A program made the position numbers and the translations under genes. 64,000 nt of DNA from Heteronotia binoei (lineage: Eukaryota): contig NC_083230.1 in the NCBI RefSeq assembly GCF_032191835.1, positions 93,124,001 to 93,188,000 on the forward strand, given 5' to 3'. The notes under the pieces were generated by a model. The model was not told the DNA's origin. It ran no database searches and saw only the letters and a program-made list of their open reading frames with translations. Below are positions 51,451 to 61,850 of the stretch, in pieces (the first letter of the stretch is position 1; every line of letters begins with the position of its first letter).

Positions 51451-52601
51451 TATTTTATCCATCACAGATTGGGAAATGCATGTATTTGCAACATCCCAAT
51501 GGCAGTTTTAGTATCTTCATGCTTCATGTACACAGCTTCTAAGCCACTGCATGCATCAGCATTCTGATGTATCTAACAATAAGAACTATTAATTGCTGCA
51601 TCAACACAGTACCACTTCTTGTAGGTATTGTAATCCAACCAAGGACATCGCTGTGGTTGCTTTCACACACCATGGATAAAGCACTTTCCATGCACTTTAA
51701 CTATTGTTTGCAACTGAATTTTCCTATGTGAAAGTTGTAACAACAGTGTAGGGGAAACAACCAGTATTGCTAGATCTAGATTCGCAATTATGTTACATGG
51801 TACAAAATAGATGGTGTGGAGCAGCACAGTGGGGTTGGAACAGGACATTATTCATCTATCCAAATTGGACTGTAACCAGTAATAACCCAGCTATGTTGGT
51901 ACAGCATTACACATGAAAGAACACCCTGAAATGGAATTATATAATTTACAGGCAGTACAGTAAGATGAATGCCCCACTTCCAATTGCCACTGTAACTATA
52001 TCAATACAAACCATTTATGTATGGAACAATAATCATGATATAGTTGTCCAGACAGGTTTTTCCCCTGTGGGGAAAGACATACAAAAACATCAATGGGTCA
52101 GTAAATTCTAAAACAAAAGTTGCACATTTTCAAAAGGAGTGTTTTTGTGAGTGACCAGGCGTAGGAAATTCAGAGTGAAAACTCTACTCTTTTCTGGATG
52201 AAACTTCAGCACGATTCAGCTTTTCTGTAATTTATGATGTTTGTTTAATCCAGAGTTTGAATCCAATGAAACAAAAGGCAAGAATGGTTGCCAATTTTAA
52301 AAAAGTATCACTGAGAAACATCTTTAAATGTTTTTAGGCTGCATGTCAAACTCTCAGAAAACTTGGAATAGGAGAACTAAAGCAAAGAAGGAATTACTTT
52401 GATTACTTTAGGAACCTCACCATGAGGGGAAACTGTATTTATTGAACATTAGCCCCACTGAAAGCTTAAAAAATAAGAATGTGGGAGGATATATAGTTTG
52501 TTTGCTATATGAGCAAATATTTTTTTTTCTGTATATAAAAGCTATCAGCAATGCGCTTGCCTTCCATTCAATCCAACCCCCCGTCCTATTATGGAATAAG
52601 G

Positions 52602-52806
52602 TAGGGTTGCCAGGTCTGTTTTGGAAAATACCTGGGGACTTTGGGGGTGGCAGGGTTTGGGGAGGGGAGGGGCCACAGCATGGTCCAATGCCATAGAGTC
52701 CACCCTTCAAAACATCAATTTTCTCCAGGGGAGCTGATCTTTGCAGCTGGAGATCAGTTGTAAAACTGGAAGATCTCCAGGCTCCACCTGGAGGCTGGCA
52801 ACCCTA
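52602..52806. mobile_element. Short TAGGGTTGCCA-family MITE
   Basis: TIRs tagggttgccag / ctggcaacccta; 8-bp TSD gaataagg/gaataggg. Confidence 0.85.
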
Positions 52807-52992
52807 GAATAGGGGAACTTTTTTGAGTCTGCAAAATTCAAGCTTTGTTCAGTTTTCAGTCAAATTGCTTAAGAGAGTTTTCCATTAGCATCATGGCTCA
52901 AAGTCCAAAACACCCATGAGAGGAAAGAAAACAAAACATCTGGTGGGGAGAGTTGGTTTGCTTCTGAGATAGTCAATATGTTACAGTGGTGG

Positions 52993-53195
52993 GAAGTGCT
53001 ATCAAGTTACAGCTGACTTATGGTGACCCTGTTGGGGCTTTCAAGGCAAAAGACATCCAGAGATGATTCTGCATAGCAACCTCCTTGGAGTGGTGTGGGG
53101 GGGTGGGGAGTCTCCATCCAAATACTGACTAGGGGAAACCCTGCTTATGTTCTGAGATCTGACAAGACCAGGCTAGCCTGGGACACCAAAGGCAG
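52993..53195 (-). mobile_element. 5S-headed, RTE-tailed SINE
   Basis: 5S box A and box C remnants (ctccatccaa...ccctgcttat) plus the tail atcaagttacagctgacttatggtgaccc. Confidence 0.7.
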
Positions 53196-53438
53196 AGTTA
53201 ATTTGGGCTGAACAAAGGGTAGAATCCAAAAGTAGTTTTCTACCAGTGTAAATCAAGGATGGGGGTTATTTTCACCAATTCCCCCCTCACACTGCAACTC
53301 ATTTGGCTCCTGAAAATGCTTCAGGAAGGAGAAAAGGAGGACCTCAGGAACTTCATTGGAGTCAACTGTGTGTCTTCACAAGGATGGCAGAAAATAACCT
53401 TTGAATTTATCCCTATTTTTCATCTGCTCTGTGCAGTA

Positions 53439-53731
53439 AAGGTAAAGGTAGTCCCCTCCCTGTGCAAGCACCAGTCGTTTCTGACTCTGGGGTGACATTG
53501 CTTTCACAACGTTTTCATGGCAGACTTTTGATGGGGTGGTTCATCATTGCCTTCCCCAGTCATCTACGCTTTACCCCCAGCAAGCTGGGTGCTCATTTTA
53601 CCGACCTCGGAAGGATGGAAGGCTGAGTCAACCTGAGCCGTCTACCTGAACCCAGCTTCTGCCAGAATCGAACTCAGATCATGAGCAGATTGGACTGCAG
53701 TACTGCAGCTTTTCCACTCTGTACCACAGGA
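53439..53731 (-). mobile_element. Sauria SINE
   Basis: (ACCTTT)n tail; exact 12-bp TSD ctctgtgcagta. Confidence 0.9.
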
Positions 53732-54323
53732 CTCTGTGCAGTAGCAATTAACATAAATCTATTTCCCCAAAGAGAAAAATTAAGTGCTTTGGAAAGGCCA
53801 TAAAAAATACATAACTGCATTATGTTATGCAATGGCAAATACTCTGCATCTGTCCTACGTATATGCTACAAACAGCCAGCACCAATTGTACCTCTTTGAT
53901 GTGTGTATAAATGTCAACATGGAACTTCAGTCTCCAAAGTGACCAGACAATTGATCATTAGTTCTGCTCTAAGCTTACAGTCTGGCATTCCGACACTGTG
54001 ATTCCTCTTTTTCCCTCACCTACTAAGTGGAAAACCTTCCTTTTCTTATAAGCTCATTATTTTATCTCTGGCTGTAAAAATATTTATGTCCTGCTTTTGC
54101 ATGAAATATAAGCCACTGAGGTGACTAAATCAATATGGCCATGACTTAACTCAGTGGATTGTTTTTTTAAAACATTATGAAGACTACAAGCATAATCCAA
54201 AGAAAGTTAGACCTGCTTAACAGTTATCATTGGTGTCCACCTTTTGCTTTCATAAAAAGAACTTTTGAATTGTCAGTGAGCTAAATATGGAAGAGCCCTG
54301 GGAGTTTCTATAACACATGCATA

Positions 54324-55122
54324 TAAGGTTGCCAATCCCCAGATGGGGGCAGGGGATCCCTGGTTTGGAGGCCCTTCCCCCACTTCAGGGTTATCAGGAA
54401 GCGGGGGCAGGGGGAGATGTCTGCTGAACACTCATTATACCTTATGGAGACCAGTCCCCATAGAGCATAATGGAGAATCTGTGGGTATCTGGGGCTCGGA
54501 GTGGCTGTGTTTTGAGGTAAAGGCACCAAATTTTCAACATAACATCTGGTGCTTCTCTTAAAAAGTTTCAAAAATATTGGACTAGAGGGTTCAATTCTAA
54601 GAGTCCTCAAAGAAGGTGCCCCTATCCTCCATTATTTCCAATGGAAGGAGGAAAAGGAAAGGTCCCTGTGCAAGCACCAGTAATTTCCAACTCTGGGGTG
54701 ATGTTGCTTTCACAATGTTTTCATGGCAGACTTTTTATGGGGTGGTTTGCCACTGCCTTCCCCAGTCATCTACACTTTCCTGCCAGCAAGCTGGGTACTC
54801 ATTTTACCGACCTTGGAAGGATGGAAGGCTGAGTCAACCTCGAGTTGGCTCCCTGAAAACCCAGCTTCCACCAGGGATCGAACTCAGGTTGTGAGCAGAG
54901 CTTAGGACTGCAGTACTGCAGCTTTAACATTGCACTGTGGGGCTCTTCCAGTGGAAGGAAGCCATTTAAAAGGAGCATGGTCCCTTTAAATGTGATGACC
55001 AGAGCTCCCTTCAGAGTTCAATCATGCTTGTCACAACCTTACTTCTGGCTCTACCCTCCATTGTGTCCTAGCTCCACCCACAAAGTCTCCCGGTGTTTCC
55101 TGAGTTGGACCTGGCAAGCCTA
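54324..55122. mobile_element. Long TAGGGTTGCCA-family element interrupted by a Sauria SINE
   Basis: Colinear with 34276-34765 once 54651-54945 is removed. Confidence 0.8.
54651..54945 (-). mobile_element. Sauria SINE
   Basis: 14-bp TSD ttccaatggaagga/ttccagtggaagga. Confidence 0.9.
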
Positions 55123-55392
55123 ACTTAAAATAATAATACTTTTTATTTATATTTATAAAAAGTAATATTATTTTAAATTAGGAACTGTTGATGGGTGTTT
55201 TGCTTATGGCCTCACCTTGGAATGTGGAAGTCACAGATTTACTACTAGGCAGAGAAAGGCAGCTTGCCCCAGACAGTAGACTTTGGGGATAGACTTACAG
55301 GGCAGGAAATTGTTGTTTTATTTCTACTTCCATGTTAAGGGCCCACATTTTCCTCAGGTACCAAAATGTCTTCAGAAGTCTGTGATAAAAAA

Positions 55393-55645
55393 TCCAGGGT
55401 GGTGTAGTGGTTGAATGTCAGTCTAGGATCCAGGAAACCCAGTGGTTGAATGTCAGTCTAGGATCCAGTGAATTACCACTATGCCATAAAAGCTTGGTGG
55501 GTGAGTTTGGTCCAGTCACACACACTTAGCCTAACCTACATCACAGAGTTGCTGTAAGGATAAAACAGAAGAGAGAAGAATAATGTAAGCTGCTTTGGTT
55601 TCCCACTGGGAAGAAAAGCAGGGTATCAGTGAAGTAAATACATTA
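55393..55645 (+). mobile_element. Squam3/MIR-like SINE with a tandemly duplicated head segment
   Basis: gtggttgaatgtcagtctaggatccag occurs twice; CORE-like body. Confidence 0.7.
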
Positions 55646-56419
55646 CAAAAAATTAAACCACTGTCAGAGACAGTTGAAAGGGTCATTTTGAATGCCTTCT
55701 CTACTGCTGAGCTAAAAAGAAACAGGAAAAATAATGGCTTCATCAGTGAGGAAAAAGAGTTGGTTTCATACATTGCTCTTCACTACCTAAAGGGATCTCA
55801 GAGCAGCTTACAATTGTCTTCCCTTCCTCTCCCCACAACACGCAACTTGTGAGGCCCTGACCTGGATAGTTCAGACCACGGCAGCTAAGCAGGGTCACCT
55901 CTGGCAAGCAGGCCCGGCACATCCATAAGGCAGGATTCGGTGGCTGCCTGGGGCTCAGCCCTGGGAGAGGGCAGCAGTTATGGCCCTCCCACCCGCTTGT
56001 GTGCTTGAGTTTTTTGAAATATGCTTCAAAGCGGTGTGTCCTGCACCTGTGCCCCGATCGGGAAATGTGGCTCCGCCTCCCGTGTCTGTACTTCCAGCAC
56101 AGACAGGAAGCGGAGCCTCACTGGCTGGGCTGCTGTGCTCATGCTCAGGCTCGTGCATGGGGAGGGGGAGGCAGTGGTGGAGCCTTGCCTGAGGCACCGA
56201 CTTTGTGCCGGCACCATAGTGCCATTGCTGCTGGCAAGTACTTGAATGGGAAACCTCAATGGAATACCAGGAGTCAGGAGATGGGGGCAGGCTTCATTCA
56301 GCCATCTCCCTGAATATCCTCCAGGTGCCCAATAGAAGTCAGTCACCAGAGGTCGCCATGACTTTCAGGTGTGCACATATCCACACATGTACACATAAAT
56401 TAAAAAATACTCAAAAAGG

Positions 56420-56568
56420 CACCCTGGGAGGTAGGTGGGGCTAAGAGCCCTGAGAGAACTGTGATTGACCCAAGGTCACCCAGGCAGCTGCATGTTGAGG
56501 AGTGAGGAATCAAACCTGGTTCTCCAGATTAGAGTCTGCCATTCTTAACCACTACACCACAGCTTGCT
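56420..56568 (-). mobile_element. Squam3-like SINE 5' part
   Basis: gaggtaggtggggctaagag...ttaaccactacaccac. Confidence 0.75.
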
Positions 56569-56620
56569 CTAGCCCTCAATGGATAGGCTGCACCAGGAAA
56601 GGGAAAAAAGAACTAAATAC

Positions 56621-56793
56621 AGTTTATTTAGCTTGTATGGATCCCTATGTGTTTAGCTCTGACCTTCATCAGGCGATCATCACAGAGATTTTTCAGCTGC
56701 CACCTTCACTGTTCAAGGTGGGAACTGAAAAAATATGTAGAAGATCCTCCACTGAAGCCAAATGTGTAGGGATCCATACAAGCTAAATAAACT
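56621..56793. repeat. Inverted duplication of a Penelope-type terminal/hammerhead motif
   Basis: Perfect 26-bp inverted repeat 56621-56646 versus 56768-56793; the minus strand carries CCTGATGAAG...AAACACATAGGG. Confidence 0.6.
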
Positions 56794-58649
56794 CTCTACC
56801 CTGCACCTTATTCTTTTTCATCCTTCCTAAGCTAAAAATAATACAAAAATGTGCAATGCATGCTGTGGTTTTTTCTGAAATAAGTCGTGCAAAGTCCAAT
56901 ATGTGCAGGAACAAGTCTGCCTCATTTCACTTTTCTAATATTATGTATTTGGATTTCTATCTTGATCTGACTGCAGAAAGGGAAGGGGACTTTTTTTTTC
57001 CACCATGACCCCAGCTACAAAAATCTAGTTTGAATTTTTTATATATAAAATCTTATGTGTCCGCTGGAAATTTGACAAGTCTCTAAGAGAAGGGGTTTCC
57101 AAAGATATGGGAAATGTCCAGGAAAATCTTCAAGTCTTGTTTTGTTGTGTTTAAGGAAGTATTCTTGGTTAATCTTAAATTGGTATTAACAGGGGCAGCC
57201 TCTGCTCATATAGAACTGTGTGCGTAGCAGATATGGTGCTTTGAATGAGGGTGAAGTATGCCCACAATAAGGAGAAATGGAAAGAGGTGAGAATACAATT
57301 TTGTAATGATATCAAAACAGGGAGTGATGACTAGAAAGCTGAAGACTTTGGCTCCTCTTTGATGCGCTGTACATTTAACCCCCACCTTTAAAAAAACTGT
57401 ATTATTCTCCACTTTTTAATCCTGAACTAAAATGCAACAATCATCTACTAGTTTCTAATTACCTTATCACAGTTCTTGATGAATCTGGCCATTCTCTTCA
57501 AAACAACTGTTGTCCAGCGCAGCATTTTTCTTGCCAAAGTATCCTTTCTTTTTTTGGCCGAGTCTACCACTTTCCAGCCATGGAATCTGACCTAGGCTTG
57601 TAAACTCTGACGTTCTGGCAACACTCATACCCTCTAGAGCATTGTATTGGTCTAAAGCAATACATCACATCAGTTCCCATTCTTTTGTAGGCTCTTCTCC
57701 CCAAAGAATCCTACATGCTATAAAATTTCCACTTCATATCCCAAATCAATACTGCGTATGGGCCTGCTCTTCACACCACCCCAGTTGGCTGTGGAAACTA
57801 CTGTGTGGAGGACACAGGTCATATCACATACTTTATAGACTTAAGCACTTTCTAACAGCAGCCTTAGAGAGCATAGAGTATGTGTGAGAGTAAACAGTTT
57901 CCAAAGTACAGAGTTTATAACAAGTTTAAAAGCAAGCCCCCCCTTTTTTTTAAGATTAAGCAATTGGAAAATTGCTGCTGAAAGCAGATTCTTTGAGAAG
58001 GAAAGTCTATTACCCTGTCCCATTATGAGATAAATTGTCCAGCAAACAAATTAAAAATTAACACAACCTGTTGGTTTTTACAATCTGTTCTTCTGCAATT
58101 GTTTGCATGGGAGCCAGTCTCCATACATAGCCAAGATCCTACAGGCATTCCAGGTTTGCCACAAGTATCATACATATGCCAGAAGACCCCAGCCTCTTCT
58201 GATTCATTTATGGATGGAATTGATAGCTTGCTTCCCAGCCAAAATGTCCAGTTCTTGCTTCATGGATCAGCTAAGAGTCTTCTGCTAAATCAATTCACCC
58301 CAGGATGCGATGACTCCATTGTTTTGAAAGGATTGGGCATGGGCAAAGCAACATGTTAGCTGCCTTCCGTAGCTTGGTAGTACAGTAATTTAGTCATGTC
58401 TCTAGGAACTGTGTGGGTCAAGCAAATTGTCTGATCCCTTTCTATGCCAGCATCACTACAAAGATGTGAAATTTTTAGTAGCAGCATCATTCTCAGCCAT
58501 ACTAGCTGGAAACAACACAGAACAGTTGGCAGGAGATTCAAGACATGAAACTCATTCCCACGTGATATAAGATAGCTACTGGATGAGACAGATTTCAGTG
58601 GAAATTGGGCAAATTTATGGATGATAATCCTATTGCTAGCTATTGATTG

Positions 58650-58800
58650 TTTTCAAGGCAAGAACAGAGGTGTTTTGCCATTGCCTGCCTCTGCATAGCA
58701 GACTTCCTAGGTGGTTTCCCATCCAAACTAACCAGGGCTGATCCTGCTTAGTTTCTGAGATCTGATGAGATTGGGTTAGCCTGCCATATCCAGATTAGGG
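58650..58800 (-). mobile_element. 5S-headed SINE
   Basis: The reverse complement CCCAATCTCATCAGATCTCAGAAACTAAGCAGGATCAGCCCTGGTTAG-TTTGGATGGGAAACCACCTAGGAA aligns to the 5S rRNA internal control region. Confidence 0.8.
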
Positions 58801-59007
58801 GTGATAGCTGAATGGGACCTCTCAAAGCTGGAGCTTGACTGGGGCTGAAGACCCTCCCCTCCTACCCACCACACGTTGATTGTGACATTGGGCTTTGGCT
58901 GTGTATGCACTGGCCTTCAGCTTGTAGGCATTGGGAGGGGGTGTAAGAGTAAAACTGTAAAACAGTAAAAACTGATCGTTAGCCGTTCTGGTTTTGGGGG
59001 AGAGGGG

Positions 59008-59178
59008 CAGGGGTGAAATTCCAGCAGGAGCTCCTTTGCATATTAGGCCATACACCCCTGATGTAGCCAATCCTCCAAGAGCTTACAAAAAAGAGTATTG
59101 TAAGCAATTGGAGGATTGGCTACATCAGGGGTATGTGGCCTAATATGCAAAGGAGCTCCTGCTACAATTCCACCCCTG
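59008..59178. mobile_element. 171-bp palindromic hAT MITE
   Basis: TIRs caggggtgaaatt / aattccacccctg; exact 8-bp TSD gagagggg. Confidence 0.9.
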
Positions 59179-59539
59179 GAGAGGGGTAATAAGTCAATTG
59201 AGCCTTTGAGATCTGAGCAACATCAAGAAGGCAGGGTTGCCCAATGGCATTTATTGTAATTATTAATTGTTGACATCTTGATGTATTTGAATTTAGAGTA
59301 GTGATGTTAAACTTTGTAAGCTACTTTGAGTCCTGTCATACAGGAGAAATGCAGTACATAGATATTTTAAAAGAAATATGTTTAAAAAAATTTAAATTCC
59401 CCAAGGTTCCTATCTTTAGAAAGTGCTCTGGTCTGTCTACTGCCATCAAGATCTCTCACTTCCTCAGTCTCTGTTGGCTGACTTTTCTAGCCAAGAGAGA
59501 GCAGGCAAGGGAGCAAAGTGCAACATTAGGCATTAGAAA

Positions 59540-59965
59540 CCACAACATTCAAAAACCAGTGGGGGGACATTTTAACCTTCCAGAACGTTCAGCTGCTGAC
59601 CTAAAAGTAGCAGTTCTCTTACAAAATAATTTCAAAAGGAGATTTAGAGAGACTGCTGAATTTTGACTGATAATGAAGCTCAAGACAATGAAGCCTCCTG
59701 GACTGAATCAAGACCTGGATTTCCTGTCTGATTGCAAGTGCTGATTTCTCCTCACCTACTACCCCTCTGCATATGACACCTAATCCAGTTATGCCTGCTA
59801 TTGCCATTTACCTGCTATTGCCATTTGCCTGCTATTGACATTCAGCATCTGCAATCACTCCGCTTTCCAAGATATAGGAACAGATGGACTCACATTCTAG
59901 CTATATCTGAAGAAGTGAGCAGTAACTCATGAAAACACATACCCTGCTGCCAATTTTGTTAGACT
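59540..59965 (+). mobile_element. Penelope-like element 3' end: GIY-YIG endonuclease C-terminus plus pseudo-LTR with hammerhead core
   Basis: HNIQKPVGGHFNLPERSAADLKVAVLLQNNFKRR-RETAE...GLNQDLDFLS; CTGAAGA-A-GTGAGC-AGTA-ACTCAT-GAAA at 59907-59934. Confidence 0.85.
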
Positions 59966-59974
59966 TTAAGCTGT

Positions 59975-60255
59975 AATGCTGATTCTGTGAATTAGGCAGA
60001 TCATGAGAAGGAGGGCAGGAAGGGTTGCATCAGCGCTTAGTTCTTGTGGCCCTTTCTTACATGTCCAGAGAAATGCTAATTGCCACTTTGGGGTCAGTCA
60101 GCAATTTTTCTCCAGGCCAGTTTGGCAAGGGATCCTGGAGGTTTTCGCCATCTTCTGGGGATGTATGTGGGGGGGGGGGGGTATTTATGAGTTCCCTACA
60201 TTGTTCAGGGGGTTGGACTAGATGACCATGGAGATCCCTTCCAACTCTATGGTTT
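59975..60255 (+). mobile_element. CR1 3'UTR fragment
   Basis: ggttggactagatgacc...cccttccaactctatg terminus, as at 29000-29050. Confidence 0.75.
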
Positions 60256-60585
60256 TTTGCTACAGGACTTTTGCTGTTTTCTACTGCAACAGCAAGCTGG
60301 AGTGGTAGCATGCAGTAGTTTCAGTCAGCAGAGAACCCCTTGCTGGTGCATGCTTCCTGCCCTCACATGCCTACCATTATGGCCACATCTGATTCTGTTC
60401 CATATTGTACTTGACCGGATCCTGCAGATTCTGTGCGCTAGGGAAGCTGCTTTCCTCCAGAGGAAGGAGGCTTCCCTTATGCAAGCCAGAGCAATGCGCC
60501 TTCACTGCTGAAGAGATGTGTTCAGTCCAGCAGTAATCATGTGGCGTCCCCATTAAATCTTTGATTATTTTACTAATATGGACAT

Positions 60586-60740
60586 GTGCTGTCAAATGAC
60601 AACCAATTTATGGTGACCTCAGTGAGGGGTTTTCAAAGCATTGAGAAGCACTGCAGGGCCTTCTTTGAGGGGGTCTCCCATCCAAGTACAGACCCAGCTT
60701 AGCTTCTGAGATCTGATGAGATCAGGCTATTCGATGCCAC
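60586..60740 (-). mobile_element. 5S-headed, RTE-tailed SINE
   Basis: ggtctcccatccaagtac...cttagcttctgagatctgatgagatc and the tail gtcaaatgacaaccaatttatggtgacc. Confidence 0.75.
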
Positions 60741-60994
60741 CTTCCTTCTGAATCATTTCAGTTATGAGTAGATATATCAATTGGAGCTGAAATCAGCAAG
60801 AGTATTTTAGGTAGTGTTCTGATCGATTCCATATTTTATATTCTCTTTGCAAACTCAGCACACATCCTTTCCCACTATAACTCTCTTAGGATTTGCAAGA
60901 ACAAAATGTCTCACAATAACTTTTTAAGAAAGAGTTGAATGCAAATAAATTCATTCAACAGGCAAACATATGCTACATTTGGCACAGGGAAACA

Positions 60995-61150
60995 AAATGA
61001 CAAACATACTTCAGTTACAACTGCTATTGCTAAAATATAAAAGTAACTTTAAAATGAATACCTCTGGAGGTCAAATGACAAACATACTTCTGTTACAACA
61101 ACTATTGCTAAAATATAAAAGTAAATTTAAAATTAATGCCTCTGGAGGTC
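60995..61150. repeat. Tandem duplication, 2 x 78 bp
   Basis: aaatgacaaacatacttc...ctctggaggtc repeated with a few mismatches. Confidence 0.9.
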
Positions 61151-61666
61151 AAATCAAGAATAAGTTTCTTATCAATCCAAATAAGATAAAAGTGCTTCAC
61201 CTATAGTTCATTTCATTGATTGGCACTCTACCCTAACAAGTATGTATTAAGGTAGTTTTCAATACCATACTAATATCAATTATTTTATTTTCTATTCTAT
61301 TTTGCTCAGAATTTCTTTCCTCCCCCCCCCCAAAAAAAGATAGCTGCTTTTATGCAAAACTTACCTTGTTGCAACTCAATGTGCCTCCATACAACATATA
61401 TAATTTAATACAGTATGCCCTGTAGCTGAGAAATACTAACCCCTTTCACACTTTCATATCCACACGTCAGTGGGAAGGGAGACCATTCACGTGTGTTATA
61501 CTTACTCCCAACCTATGCATTTTTATTTTTCTGGCAAGTGACTTTATTTAATTCAAGAATTTCCATTCCATTTTCTGTCATAGAAGCTCCTCCACATGAT
61601 CAAGAACCCTTGGAAAGGGCCAACCACCAGCATCCTCCTCCACCTCCTCATTAATACTGGATAAAC

Positions 61667-61850
61667 AGGGCTTTTTTGTAGGAAAAGCCCAGCAGGAACT
61701 CATTTACATATTAGGTCACACGCCCAAGACAGCACCATTGTTTCACACAGTGCTTTTTTTGTAGAAAAAGACCAACTGGAACTCATTTGTATATTAGGCC
61801 ACACCCCCTGACACCAAGCCAATCGGAACAGCATTCCTGTGTAATCCCTG
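61667..61850. mobile_element. Two adjacent partial CAGGGCTTTTTT-family MITE copies
   Basis: cagggcttttttgtaggaaaagcccagcaggaactcatttacatattagg, followed by a second similar unit. Confidence 0.7.

Noticed and set aside
58700-58800. 5S rRNA gene
   Set aside because: It is diverged, lacks the 5S ends and the T-run terminator, and is attached to a SINE body.
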